Counted from the first letter of the stretch, positions 29,540 through 40,127 are shown. The stretch: DNA of 64,000 bases from an uncultured Bacilli bacterium (GCA_910584305.1 CAJTZW010000004.1:45967-109966), one strand, 5' to 3'. Numbers and translations are program-made. The notes: generated by a model not told the origin, from the letters alone.

Positions 29540-31357
29540 ATGGGAGCTACAATTTTTTTAAATATTATTAGTCTAATATATATTATACTTTTAGTGTTTG
29601 TATTTTTTTCGAAGGAAAGAATTTCTAAACCTGAAAATAAGATATTTTCTTATATATTATTAGTATCTTTAATCGAGTTACTATCTGGCCTTTTATTATA
29701 TATTACAATGGTTAACTTTCAACAATATTTAGAATTGAATGTGCTTGTTAATAAATTTTATTTAATTGCAATGCTGAGTTGGATTTTGTTGTTTACACAG
29801 TATACTGTTGTTATATCAATAAAAAATTTAACTGACCAAAAACTAAAAAATATAAATTATATTTTCTGGATTTTACTTTTTATATTTTCAATCTTGATTT
29901 TGTTATTGCCTTTGCAATTATCTTATATTGATAGTGAATTAATGTATTCTGAGGGATCAGCTGTTGATGCACTATATGGGATTTCTTCAATTTGCATTAT
30001 AGTAATGTTGATTTGTTTAATTTTGAACATAAAGCAGGTCATTAACAAAAAATATATGCCATTGTTATGTTATATTGTTTTGGGAAGTATTGCACTATTT
30101 ATTCAGCAGTCCAATCCAGAATTGTTTTTGATTACTCCGTTAGAAATGTTCTTAACATATTTAATGTATTTCACGATTGAAAACCCAGATGTAAAGATGA
30201 TAGAGCAACTTAACATAGCACGTGATACTGCAGAAAAGGCGAATCAAGCGAAGAGTGAATTTTTGTCGAATATGTCTCATGAGATACGTACTCCTTTGAA
30301 TGCTATTGTAGGATTTAGTCAAGCATTACAAGAGGAGGATTTACCTCCAAATGCTATGGAAGAAGTGAAAGATATAGTATCTGCTTCTAATAGTTTACTT
30401 GAACTTGTAAATGGTATCTTGGATATTTCTAAAATAGAGGCTAATAAATTAGAAATTGTAAATACAGAATATAGTTTTAAAAATGTATTTAATGATTTAG
30501 TAGCACTTACACGTGCTCGTTTAGGAGAGAAACCACTGGATTTACGAATCTCCTATGATGAAAGTATACCAAATGTACTTTATGGTGATCATAGTCGTAT
30601 TAAGCAAATTATTCTAAATTTACTTACCAATGCAGTCAAATATACGAAAGAGGGATATGTTGAATTTAAGGTAAGCTCAGTAATACAGGGAGATGTATGT
30701 CGTCTAATTGTTTCTGTAGAAGATTCTGGAATTGGTATTAAAAATGAAAATATTGATAAGCTATTTACAAAATTTGAGAGGTTTGATTTAGAACAGAATA
30801 TTACGATTGAAGGAACAGGATTAGGCTTAGCAATTACCAAAAAACTAGTAGACCTAATGAATGGTAAAATCGTTGTACAAAGTGTATATGGAAAAGGTTC
30901 TAAATTTACGGTGGCAATCGATCAAAAAATCGTGGCAGGTAAAGAAGTGAGTGTAGAAGATCATCAAACAGAAATTGAAATCTTTGATGCTTCAGATAAA
31001 AAGATTTTAGTTGTGGATGATAATAAGATTAATTTAAAAGTCGCAACTCGTTTGCTTTCAAATTATAATGTACAAATTGAAATGGTTGAAAGTGGATTTG
31101 AATGTATCGAAAAAATTGAAGCAGGGGTCCATTATGATTTAATATTAATGGACGATATGATGCCCAAAATGAGTGGAGTGGAAACATTTCATAAACTACA
31201 AGAGAAGGGAGTTACTATCCCTTGTGTTGCTCTCACTGCGAATGCGATTAGTGGTATGAAAGAAAAATATTTAAATGTTGGATTTAATGATTATTTGTCA
31301 AAACCAATTGATAAGTTAGAACTCAATATAATTATGAAAAAGTATTTAAGAAAGTAG
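29540..31357 (+). CDS. Hybrid sensor histidine kinase (polytopic membrane sensor + HisKA + HATPase + C-terminal receiver)
   Basis: RBS ggaggga before ATG 29540. ~6-7 N-terminal TM helices. H-box [15 protein letters not shown]-boxes [11 protein letters not shown] with [16 protein letters not shown]. Confidence 0.8.
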   Translation: MGATIFLNIISLIYIILLVFVFFSKERISKPENKIFSYILLVSLIELLSGLLLYITMVNFQQYLELNVLVNKFYLIAMLSWILLFTQYTVVISIKNLTDQKLKNINYIFWILLFIFSILILLLPLQLSYIDSELMYSEGSAVDALYGISSICIIVMLICLILNIKQVINKKYMPLLCYIVLGSIALFIQQSNPELFLITPLEMFLTYLMYFTIENPDVKMIEQLNIARDTAEKANQAKSEFLSNMSHEIRTPLNAIVGFSQALQEEDLPPNAMEEVKDIVSASNSLLELVNGILDISKIEANKLEIVNTEYSFKNVFNDLVALTRARLGEKPLDLRISYDESIPNVLYGDHSRIKQIILNLLTNAVKYTKEGYVEFKVSSVIQGDVCRLIVSVEDSGIGIKNENIDKLFTKFERFDLEQNITIEGTGLGLAITKKLVDLMNGKIVVQSVYGKGSKFTVAIDQKIVAGKEVSVEDHQTEIEIFDASDKKILVVDDNKINLKVATRLLSNYNVQIEMVESGFECIEKIEAGVHYDLILMDDMMPKMSGVETFHKLQEKGVTIPCVALTANAISGMKEKYLNVGFNDYLSKPIDKLELNIIMKKYLRK

Positions 31358-31364
31358 GTATTTT

Positions 31365-31724
31365 ATGAAAGATAAGAATATATTAGTAAATAATGGAGTA
31401 AATGTAGGTGCTAGTTTAGAAATACTAGGAGATATGGGAATGTATGATGAGACATTAACCGATTTTCTAGATGAAGTAGAAGAAAAACTAAGTAGTATTA
31501 AAGAATATAAAGAAAATAGTGATATGCCAAATTATGCGATTCAAGTGCATTCATTAAAAAGTGATTCTAAATACTTGGGATTTACTACATTAGCAGAACT
31601 TGCATACAATCATGAGATGGCTAGTAAAGGTAATGATGTTATTTATGTAAATGAACATTATGATGAATTAATGAGTGAAGTAAATCGAATTGTTAATATT
31701 TGTAAGGAGTATATGGGAAGATAA
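31365..31724 (+). CDS. Stand-alone Hpt (histidine phosphotransfer) protein
   Basis: 119 aa. VHSLKSDSKYLGFTTL matches the Hpt H-x-LKG-S-x-x-G phospho-His motif. 8 bp after the hybrid kinase. Confidence 0.6.
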   Translation: MKDKNILVNNGVNVGASLEILGDMGMYDETLTDFLDEVEEKLSSIKEYKENSDMPNYAIQVHSLKSDSKYLGFTTLAELAYNHEMASKGNDVIYVNEHYDELMSEVNRIVNICKEYMGR

Positions 31725-31763
31725 AGAGCTATTAAGCTCTTTTTGTTAATAGGAGGTAGTTTT

Positions 31764-32609
31764 ATGCAAGAAAAGTTAATTAAATTAATTTGTGCTACTG
31801 CTGATTTAGAACAATATTACATGTGCAATTGTGGATGTGATGATGATATAATGGAAGAATTTATTTATAATTTAAATAAAGTTTTCTCAAGTGTTGACGA
31901 AATAAAAAAAATTGCACCATATATAAAGGGATTAAATTTAAGGATTTTCACTGATGAAAATTATAAAAGTGGAGAGTTTAAGGATAATATTAGGGATGCT
32001 ATTGAAGATGTATTTAGAAGCAATATAGAACCTAAAAAAATTGTTTTCGATTATGATTTAGTTTATCAAAATATAGAATATTGTTGTTTATTAATTAATT
32101 ATCTTGAAAATCTTTCTTTAGAAAAATTAATTGCCCTAGCTAGTAAAAATCCTAAAGTTTTATATTTAATTGAAGGATTTTCTATAGATACTTTAAAGCA
32201 GATTATTAAAAATAATAGTAGTACAGCTCTTATTATTGATGTTGATGTAATGGATGATGATAGTTTATGTGGTACATACTTATATAAAAATAGAAATACG
32301 TTTTTAAAGGATAAAGAATTATATGATTTATATATTAATGGTTTAAAATCTTCTTTAAAAGAAGATAGGATGAAATATATCTATATGTCAAAGATTGCAC
32401 GTAATGATATTTCTTTAGCTAAATTTATACTTGATATTGATCCCAAGTTAATTCCTTATACTGAGGGGAGTATTCGTAATAATAAAGAGGTTATGATGAA
32501 GATGATTTCTTTGGATAAAGAAAATGCATATTATTTATCTGATTTTTTAAAGAATGATTTAGATATAAAAAAATTACTAGAAATAGAATATAACAAGTAT
32601 TATGAATAA
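31764..32609 (+). CDS. Hypothetical protein with C-terminal DUF4116-like repeats
   Basis: RBS aggagg before ATG 31764. Cys-rich N-terminus (CNCGCDDD). C-terminal NKEVMMKMISLDKENAYYLSDFLKND resembles DUF4116 repeats. Confidence 0.45.
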   Translation: MQEKLIKLICATADLEQYYMCNCGCDDDIMEEFIYNLNKVFSSVDEIKKIAPYIKGLNLRIFTDENYKSGEFKDNIRDAIEDVFRSNIEPKKIVFDYDLVYQNIEYCCLLINYLENLSLEKLIALASKNPKVLYLIEGFSIDTLKQIIKNNSSTALIIDVDVMDDDSLCGTYLYKNRNTFLKDKELYDLYINGLKSSLKEDRMKYIYMSKIARNDISLAKFILDIDPKLIPYTEGSIRNNKEVMMKMISLDKENAYYLSDFLKNDLDIKKLLEIEYNKYYE

Positions 32610-32665
32610 AACATACTATAATCAAGATGAGCAACAAGAAAAAGTAAAGAAGAAAGAAAAATAGT

Positions 32666-32896
32666 ATGCCAGACAATCAGGAAAAAATAATATTAACTTT
32701 AAATGACCATAAAAAGTATGTATTAGTGGATCAAATTATTCTTTCCTCTACAGAATATGTTTATTTAGTAGATATTGAAGACAACACAAACCTAATGGTT
32801 TGTGAATTAGATGGTAATAAATTAACAAGAGTTACAGATGAAAAGATTGTTAATGAAGTATTAGCGCAATTTCTAAAACAAAATCAGAATCATTAA
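32666..32896 (+). CDS. DUF1292-like small protein
   Basis: 76 aa. IILTLNDHKKYVLVDQI...EYVYLVDIEDNTNLMVCEL resembles the DUF1292 (YrzB-like) family. Confidence 0.45.
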   Translation: MPDNQEKIILTLNDHKKYVLVDQIILSSTEYVYLVDIEDNTNLMVCELDGNKLTRVTDEKIVNEVLAQFLKQNQNH

Positions 32897-33031
32897 TAAG
32901 AATATTGATATGTTAATTATATTTGAGTTAAGCGAATTTGAAGATTGTGTTATTATGAATGTGTTAAGGAAACTTTCATCAAATAAAAAGGAACATTCAA
33001 TATCGCATGTTGAATGTTGCCAAATGAATTG

Positions 33032-33069
33032 GTATCACCTAAATCATTGTTAGGTGATACTTTTATTTT
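33032..33069 (+). terminator. Intrinsic terminator
   Basis: gtatcacctaa-atcattg-ttaggtgatac 11-bp stem followed by ttttatttt. A second T-less hairpin lies just upstream (aacattcaa-tatcgcatg-ttgaatgtt). Confidence 0.6.
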
Positions 33070-33183
33070 GGAGTTACAAATAGTAAAACTATAAGATATG
33101 TATCCTATACTACATGTTATTTTTATTGTGAAATAGAATTTGTTGTGTTATAATTATTTATAGTGATAATAGGGAGGTTTACT

Positions 33184-35205
33184 ATGGATTTATTTAACAC
33201 AAAAGAGATACGTTCACGCGAGAAATTATTTAATTCTTTAGTGAAAAATTCTGACACGACATATATCATGTGTGATAAGAAAAAACGTTCAGTTTTATAT
33301 ATGACAAAAAATGTATATGAAGTTATGAAGATGGAGGATTTGGAAACGACTTCTAGCAATATACTGCAGGAAAAGAAAGATGATTTACAGATTGTAGAAG
33401 AAATTTTTGAGTTACCAATACTAAAAGAACAACTACGCTCCTGGGATGGTGAAAGTGATTTTGTGAGCAATATGATTGCATATAGAAGTTCTAGTTATAA
33501 GCATACAAGATGGTTAAAGATTAAGATATATCCGATTTATGAAAAGAAAAAGGAATATATGATTATTTTAATCTCCGATGCAACCAAAGAACATGAGCAA
33601 CAACATTTACTTGTATCACAAGCAAGTGATATTAAAGCTCGTGAAAAGCAGCTAAACCAAATTACTGCTACATCCTATGATGTTGAAATGGATGTAAATT
33701 TAGTAACGGGTGAATTACGTCTTCATAATTTAAAAGAAGATTCCCCTTATTTTGGAGCCAATAAAATTAGCAATTATGAAGATACCTTAAAGGAGATTAT
33801 TGATACACGTATTTTAGAAACCGACAGGGAAGAAGTTAAGAATATATTATCCCTAGATCATTTGAAAACATTGGTAGAAGAAAAAAAATTAGAACCCATT
33901 GGAGTTCGCTATCATTTAAATTTAAAAGAATCCAATATGTGTTTAGAAAGCACAGCCTTTTTTACAGAAAATAGAGGAGAAACACATGTGATAATCTTAA
34001 CAAAAGATGTTACTGAAAATGCAGAATATGTAAGAAGACAAAATGCAATACTTCAAAATGCCCTAAATGAGGCAAGACAAGCAAGTGAAGCAAAAACAGC
34101 TTTCCTATCCATTATTTCGCATGAAATCCGTACACCATTAAATGCTATTATTGGTCTGAGTGAATCTATTTTAGATGAAAATATAGCAAGAAATGTTAAA
34201 GAGGATGTAGAGAGTATTCAAAGTGCAAGCAATAGCTTACTTGGAATTATTGATAGACTTTTAGATATATCCAAAATAGAGTCAGGTGTTATGGATTTAG
34301 AAGAGAAAGAATATAATGTTCCAAAACTTTTAAAGAGCTTTGAAAATATTGCAAAAGAGCGCATAGAAGATAAAGATATTGATGTTATTTTAAATGTATC
34401 TAAAGACATTCCAACGAAATTATATGGGGATTCTGGAAGAATTTCACAAGTGATTTTAAATATTATTGACAATGCTGCAAAATTCACGAAAAGTGGTAGC
34501 ATTACCATAGATGCGAAATGCGAGAAAAAACAAAATAATGCTAGATTAATAATATCTGTAACAGATACAGGAATTGGAATTCGTAAAAATATTCTAGAAA
34601 AATTATTTGATAGTTCTAAAAAGATAACGACCAATGAAAAAGAGTATGTAAGTGGGATGGGTCTTAGTATCGCTTCTAAACTGATTGATTTATTAAAAGG
34701 TGAAATTGAGGTAGAGAGTAAAGAAGGAGAAGGTAGTACATTTACAGTTTCTATCAATCAAAAGATTATGGATGAAACAGCAATTGGAGATATTAATGGC
34801 CACACAGTGACAAAGAAAAATTCTGCTTTTAATGCGAAAGGAAAGAGTATTCTAGTTGTTGATGATAATAAATTAAATTTAAAGGTTGCTGTTCGACTGT
34901 TAAAACCTTACGAAGTAGAGGTAGAAGCTTTGTCAGGGGGAGCAGAATGTATTTCTATGATAGAATCAGGACGTACTTTTGACTTGATTTTATTAGATCA
35001 AATGATGCCAGAAATTAGTGGAGTTGAAACACTTCATAAATTAAAGGAAATTGAGGGATTTAATATTCCTGTTGTTGTTTTAACAGCAGACGCAATTGTA
35101 GGGAAAAAGGAAGAATACCTATCACTAGGATTTGATGATTATCTCTCAAAACCAATTGATACAGAAGAGCTTTCTAGAATTTTAAAGAAATACTTAAAGA
35201 ATTAG
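33184..35205 (+). CDS. Cytoplasmic hybrid sensor histidine kinase (PAS-like N-terminus + HisKA + HATPase + receiver)
   Basis: RBS agggagg before ATG 33184. No [17 protein letters not shown]-box. GMGLSIAS G-box. C-terminal REC with DLILLDQMMPEISGVE. Confidence 0.8.
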   Translation: MDLFNTKEIRSREKLFNSLVKNSDTTYIMCDKKKRSVLYMTKNVYEVMKMEDLETTSSNILQEKKDDLQIVEEIFELPILKEQLRSWDGESDFVSNMIAYRSSSYKHTRWLKIKIYPIYEKKKEYMIILISDATKEHEQQHLLVSQASDIKAREKQLNQITATSYDVEMDVNLVTGELRLHNLKEDSPYFGANKISNYEDTLKEIIDTRILETDREEVKNILSLDHLKTLVEEKKLEPIGVRYHLNLKESNMCLESTAFFTENRGETHVIILTKDVTENAEYVRRQNAILQNALNEARQASEAKTAFLSIISHEIRTPLNAIIGLSESILDENIARNVKEDVESIQSASNSLLGIIDRLLDISKIESGVMDLEEKEYNVPKLLKSFENIAKERIEDKDIDVILNVSKDIPTKLYGDSGRISQVILNIIDNAAKFTKSGSITIDAKCEKKQNNARLIISVTDTGIGIRKNILEKLFDSSKKITTNEKEYVSGMGLSIASKLIDLLKGEIEVESKEGEGSTFTVSINQKIMDETAIGDINGHTVTKKNSAFNAKGKSILVVDDNKLNLKVAVRLLKPYEVEVEALSGGAECISMIESGRTFDLILLDQMMPEISGVETLHKLKEIEGFNIPVVVLTADAIVGKKEEYLSLGFDDYLSKPIDTEELSRILKKYLKN

Positions 35206-35241
35206 TATTTCTTTTTATGTACATTTGTTCGTCTTTATGAT

Positions 35242-37500
35242 ATGATGGATAAGGACATGGTGAAGCGTATGAAGGAATTTATTAAAGGGCAATATAGGAA
35301 AAGTATTTTTACAGGAGAAAATGGCTTTACGATAGGGGTTTTTAAGATAAAAGAAACCAATTGTGAAGGATTAAAAGACTTTGTTGACAAGACAATTACT
35401 TTTACAGGGTATTTTGCAGATATCAATACAGATGATATGTATATTTTTTACGGAGAACCAGTAGAACATCCAAAGTATGGTTTTCAATATCAAGTGACCG
35501 AATATGAAAGGTTAAAACCAGAAGACAAAGAAGGGATTATAGCGTTCTTATGTAGTGATTTGTTTCATGGCATTGGAGAGAAAATGGCAACAATGATTGT
35601 GGACCGTCTTGGAACTACAGCATTGGAGCAAATACTGGAAAATCCTTCTTGTTTAGAATTGATTCCAAAATTATCATATAAGAAAGCCAAGCATATTTAT
35701 GATACGTTAACAAAATATGAAGAGAGTCATAAAACAATTGTGTATTTAACAGAATTGGGATTCACTATGAAGGATGCTCTTGTAATATATAACCAATACC
35801 ACGAACGAACAATTATAACACTTGAGAATAATATATATAAATTGTTAGAAGATATTGATAATTTGTCTTTTCAAAAAATTGATAGCATTGCAAGAAATAT
35901 GGGAATAGAATCAGATAATGAAGATCGTATTAAATCCTGTATTCTATATAGCATAGAAAAATTAATATATGCAAGAGGAGATACATATGTCACGTTAGAA
36001 GATATTAAAGAGAGTACAGAATCATATTTAAATTTTGAGATAAGTGATGAAAACTATAAAACATTTATTGATGAACTTAGATGGAATTCGTATATTGTTT
36101 TAGAAGATGACAAATACTATTTAAAGAATCTTTATGATGCAGAAAACAATGTAGTAAGAAAGATTTATGAGTTACAAAGAAGTAAATTAGGAAATCTAAA
36201 AAAACTAGATGAAAAAATCAAAGCTTTAGAAGAAAATAATGGAATACAATATGGGTTAAAACAAAAAGAGGCCATTAAAATGGCCCTTACTAGCAATATT
36301 AGTATTATTACAGGAGGACCTGGAACAGGAAAGACAACAATTATCAAGGCAATTGTCGATTTATATATCGATATCCATTCTATACCTATGGATGATGCGA
36401 CGGATATAGTGGCACTACTCGCACCAACAGGAAGAGCAAGTAAGCGTATGAGTGAATCAACACTCCTTGGAGCTATGACAATTCATAGGTTTCTTCGTTG
36501 GAATAAGGAAACCAACCAATTTGGTATCAATGAATACAACAAATCTACTTGCAAATTAATTATTATTGATGAATTTAGTATGATGGATATTTTGTTATTT
36601 GATAACCTGTGTAAAGGATTAGGTAGTAATGTTCAAATTGTAATTGTCGGTGATCATCATCAACTCCCAAGTGTAGGGCCAGGGCAAGTATTGAAGGATA
36701 TGATAGAAAGCAATAGCATTCCTATGATTACTCTAGATCTTTTATATAGACAATCGGAAAACTCCTATATCACAACACTGGCTTATGATATTCAAAACAA
36801 TCAAGTTGATGAGCAATTTTTAAAAACAAGTAATGATTATACCTTTTTAACTTGTACATCCAATATGATAAAAAATAGTATTGAAAAAATTGCAATTCAA
36901 TTAAAGGAAAAGGAGTGTACATATAAACAGATGCAGTTCCTAGCACCTATGTATGCAGGACAAAATGGAATCGATGAATTGAATAAAATACTACAAAATG
37001 TTTTTAATCCAAAAGATGAATTAAAAAAAGAAGTGCGATATGGAGATGTTGTATTTAGAGAGAATGATAAAGTTTTACAACTCGTAAATATGCCAGATGA
37101 AAATATTTTTAATGGGGATATCGGTTTTATTGATTACATTATTCCAGCAGTAAACAGCAAAAGTAAAAAAAATGAAATCTATGTTAATTTTGATGGAAAC
37201 GTTGTTAAATATGAACCAAAAGACTTAAATAAAATAAAACATGGATTTATTGTATCAATTCATAAATCACAAGGAAGTGAATTTGATATTGTAGTAATGC
37301 CAATTTGTATGTCTTATTATAGGATGCTCTACCGCAAACTAGTTTATACAGGAATTACACGTGCTAAGAAAAAACTAATTTTATTAGGAGAACCAAAAGC
37401 ATTCACATACGCTATTGAAAATGCAACAGAATACATACGAAAAACAAATTTATGCGATAAACTCAAATATATGATGTATAATTTCGATGAAAAGAAATAA
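35242..37500 (+). CDS. recD2: RecD2-type ATP-dependent DNA helicase (SF1B, RecD/TraA family)
   Basis: N-terminal GENGFTIGVFK region. Helix-hairpin-helix region. Walker A ITGGPGTGKTT. Motifs VIVGDHHQLPSVGPG and VSIHKSQGSEF. Start ambiguous among ATGs 35242-35269. Confidence 0.85.
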   Translation: MMDKDMVKRMKEFIKGQYRKSIFTGENGFTIGVFKIKETNCEGLKDFVDKTITFTGYFADINTDDMYIFYGEPVEHPKYGFQYQVTEYERLKPEDKEGIIAFLCSDLFHGIGEKMATMIVDRLGTTALEQILENPSCLELIPKLSYKKAKHIYDTLTKYEESHKTIVYLTELGFTMKDALVIYNQYHERTIITLENNIYKLLEDIDNLSFQKIDSIARNMGIESDNEDRIKSCILYSIEKLIYARGDTYVTLEDIKESTESYLNFEISDENYKTFIDELRWNSYIVLEDDKYYLKNLYDAENNVVRKIYELQRSKLGNLKKLDEKIKALEENNGIQYGLKQKEAIKMALTSNISIITGGPGTGKTTIIKAIVDLYIDIHSIPMDDATDIVALLAPTGRASKRMSESTLLGAMTIHRFLRWNKETNQFGINEYNKSTCKLIIIDEFSMMDILLFDNLCKGLGSNVQIVIVGDHHQLPSVGPGQVLKDMIESNSIPMITLDLLYRQSENSYITTLAYDIQNNQVDEQFLKTSNDYTFLTCTSNMIKNSIEKIAIQLKEKECTYKQMQFLAPMYAGQNGIDELNKILQNVFNPKDELKKEVRYGDVVFRENDKVLQLVNMPDENIFNGDIGFIDYIIPAVNSKSKKNEIYVNFDGNVVKYEPKDLNKIKHGFIVSIHKSQGSEFDIVVMPICMSYYRMLYRKLVYTGITRAKKKLILLGEPKAFTYAIENATEYIRKTNLCDKLKYMMYNFDEKK

Positions 37501-37561
37501 ACTATGAATGTATGTATTAAGTATACATACGGTTTCATATCTTTAGCAAGAGGTGATCAGT

Positions 37562-37714
37562 ATGAAGATAGGTAAGAATGTAGCACTTATGGCAATGGGT
37601 GCAGGGGCTGTTTTGGCGTATCAAAAATATAATAAACCAGTAATGAAAAAAGTAGAAAAGGTTGCGGATGACGCAATTAAAAAAGCAAATAAAACGCTAG
37701 AAGATATGATGTAG
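37562..37714 (+). CDS. Unannotated 50-aa small membrane protein
   Basis: RBS agaggtga 6 nt before ATG 37562. MKIGKNVALMAMGAGAVLAYQKYNKPVMKKVEKVADDAIKKANKTLEDMM. One hydrophobic segment. Followed by a strong terminator. Confidence 0.45.
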   Translation: MKIGKNVALMAMGAGAVLAYQKYNKPVMKKVEKVADDAIKKANKTLEDMM

Positions 37715-37715
37715 T

Positions 37716-37742
37716 AAAAATCCTCCAATCGGAGGATTTTTT
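37716..37742 (+). terminator. Intrinsic terminator
   Basis: aaaatcctcc-aatc-ggaggatttt perfect hairpin followed by a T-run. Confidence 0.7.
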
Positions 37743-37767
37743 GTGATATAATGAGATGGGTGATAAT

Positions 37768-38748
37768 ATGTTAAATATAATGAAATTATATAGGCAAAAA
37801 GGATCTCATCGCATTATACTAGGAATTTTTTTGCTGATATGTATATTTATATTCTTTATGGTAATAAACAAAGAAGAAAAGGGTAGAATGATAGATATTT
37901 TTAAAAAAGAATGTGTGATTGAATCCATAGATGATATAGATATTTGCAAAGCGAAAAATCAATATGTTAAAGTACGATTTGATGATGCTTATAATACAAC
38001 ATATGCATATTTTGAAGGCGATAAAGAACTGGCGGAATATGTGGATCTTGATTTAGAAGGATATAGTTTGATAGCTTTGGTAAATAAAAGTTTGGCAGAT
38101 AAAATTTTGAATCAGGAACAATTTTATATAACAGGATATCTCACTGAATTTGTTGATGTACATAAAGAAGCATTAAACCAAATCAAAAACTATTATAAAG
38201 ACGAACTATTTGAAGGAGAGTACAGCCAAGAGGAAATAGAAATCCTTTTTCTAAATACTCAGATTATGGAATATGATAGTTCTAAAATAATGTATTATAT
38301 TTTATGGATAGTATTGCTTGGCGTGGGTGGAATTGGCATTTACCAGATAATCTGCGGAATTAGAATCCTAACATCACCAAAGATGACTAAATGGTATCAA
38401 AAACAGGAAGATGCGATAGAAGCATTCAATGGCGCCATAGATATTAAATATCAAAATAAAAGAGTTATAATTACAGATTTCTATATTATAGAGAATAGTT
38501 TTATACATATAAAAATGGAAAAACTAGAAGATATTTGTTGGATATATGAAAAGAAGACAAAACAATATGGTGTCACTGTAAATAGAAGTTGGATTATATG
38601 TTTTAAAAATGGGGTATCCATGATTTTACCCATAAAAATTGATATTGACCCTTATATCTCCAAAAACACATTAAAAGGATATACAAAAGAGAATATAGAT
38701 ATGTATAGAAAAATTGTAAAGGAATTTAAAGGTAAAAATGCACAATAA
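37768..38748 (+). CDS. Hypothetical membrane protein
   Basis: RBS gggtga before ATG 37768. TM near the N-terminus and a second in the middle (IMYYILWIVLLGVGGIGIYQIICGI). No recognised domain. Confidence 0.45.
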   Translation: MLNIMKLYRQKGSHRIILGIFLLICIFIFFMVINKEEKGRMIDIFKKECVIESIDDIDICKAKNQYVKVRFDDAYNTTYAYFEGDKELAEYVDLDLEGYSLIALVNKSLADKILNQEQFYITGYLTEFVDVHKEALNQIKNYYKDELFEGEYSQEEIEILFLNTQIMEYDSSKIMYYILWIVLLGVGGIGIYQIICGIRILTSPKMTKWYQKQEDAIEAFNGAIDIKYQNKRVIITDFYIIENSFIHIKMEKLEDICWIYEKKTKQYGVTVNRSWIICFKNGVSMILPIKIDIDPYISKNTLKGYTKENIDMYRKIVKEFKGKNAQ

Positions 38749-39403
38749 AAAAATATTATATATTTTGATTACTGTAATTATAACAGGGATTGTACTATTA
38801 TTCATTTTAGATTATTTCCAACTCATTCCACAAAAGATATACACAGCACAATATTTTGGGATTGAAACAATAAAAAGTAATATAGATTATAATCAAAATG
38901 GGATCGATGATTATACAGATATTTTGATTGGAGCAAAGAAAGAAGCAGAAAATCATCCGACCTATAAAAGTACATATTATGTGGGAGGATATCCTCCAGA
39001 TGATGAAGGTGTTTGTACAGATGTAATTTGGAGAGCGTTAAAAGAAGCGGGGTATTCTTTAAAGGATTTAATGGATGGAGATATTAAAAATAATATAGAA
39101 AATTATCCTAATATAATACAACCGGACCCTAATATTGACTTTAGAAGAGTTAATAATATTTATGTATATCTAGAAAGACATACTCTAAAATTAACCAAGG
39201 ATTTATCAAAAATAGAAGAATGGCAACCTGGAGATATTGTTGTTTTTAAAAATCATATTGCTATAATTTCAGACAAAAGAAATAAAGAAGGGCTCCCATA
39301 CATTATTCATAATGCTGGACAACCAAATTTTGAGGAAGACACATTAATGAGGTGGTATAAAAGAAAAGGTATTTTAGGTCATTATCGCTTTCTACTACAA
39401 TAG
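38738..39403 (+). CDS. DUF1287 (COG3738)-like secreted/anchored protein
   Basis: Overlaps the upstream stop (ATGCACAATAA). N-terminal TM/signal. GVCTDVIWRALKEAGYSLKD and PGDIVVF...IAIIS motifs fit the DUF1287/NlpC-like fold. Call is tentative. Confidence 0.45.
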   Translation: MHNKKILYILITVIITGIVLLFILDYFQLIPQKIYTAQYFGIETIKSNIDYNQNGIDDYTDILIGAKKEAENHPTYKSTYYVGGYPPDDEGVCTDVIWRALKEAGYSLKDLMDGDIKNNIENYPNIIQPDPNIDFRRVNNIYVYLERHTLKLTKDLSKIEEWQPGDIVVFKNHIAIISDKRNKEGLPYIIHNAGQPNFEEDTLMRWYKRKGILGHYRFLLQ

Positions 39404-39435
39404 AGATATAGTTATAAATTTTAATTGAAGAAAAA

Positions 39436-39465
39436 TAGTGTAATGAAATCCATTACACTATTTAT
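39436..39465. terminator. Bidirectional terminator between convergent genes
   Basis: agtgtaatg-aaatc-cattacact 9-bp stem. A-run on the left, T-run (atttat) on the right. Confidence 0.5.
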
Positions 39466-40127
39466 GATATATCATCTGTTTCATTGTTATATTGGTATTC
39501 TTGGGCTATTTTTTGAAGATCTTCTAAAATGATTGTTTGAGCAAGCTCTTCATCGTCTTCTTCTTTCATAATTTGCTGGTGCATAGCATTACTTTCAATA
39601 GAGATATCCTCTTTTGGACAAAAGAAATTAAATCCATATTGAAATATACTGAGAATTTGTAGGTTAACAGTTGCATATACCATTCCAAATAAAATGGAAG
39701 TAAAATGAGAAGAAAAGGTAGTCAAAATTCCAACAATAACAGTTGCAAATAGAAAAGACATTTTAAATTTTCCAATCATGAGGGTCTCTGTTTTTTTACT
39801 TTTGAAATGATAAAATAAATTGGTAGCACCAAGAATTATTTCTAGAATAAAAGGTACCCATAAGATCGTAAACTGTGTAATCAAACAACCAACGATTCCG
39901 ATTGCAAACAATTTATCTGCAACCGTATCAAGTTTGGCTCCAAAGGAAGACACTACGTCCCACTTCCTTGCTAGATACCCATCCAAAAAGTCAGTGATTA
40001 CTGCAATAATAGCAAGTATGATTACGACATAGATTTGTTTAAAAATTCCAAATACTATAATAATAGGTGTTAAAATCATACGAAGAATTGTTAGAATATT
40101 TGGAATGTACGGTTGTATAGTTTTCAT
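39462..40127 (-). CDS. pgsA: CDP-alcohol phosphatidyltransferase (PgsA-like)
   Basis: DFLDGYLARKWDVVSSFGAKLDTVADK matches the D-G-x2-A-R-x8-G-x3-D-x3-D signature. Polytopic membrane protein of 221 aa. Confidence 0.8.
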   Translation of the reverse strand: MKTIQPYIPNILTILRMILTPIIIVFGIFKQIYVVIILAIIAVITDFLDGYLARKWDVVSSFGAKLDTVADKLFAIGIVGCLITQFTILWVPFILEIILGATNLFYHFKSKKTETLMIGKFKMSFLFATVIVGILTTFSSHFTSILFGMVYATVNLQILSIFQYGFNFFCPKEDISIESNAMHQQIMKEEDDEELAQTIILEDLQKIAQEYQYNNETDDIS

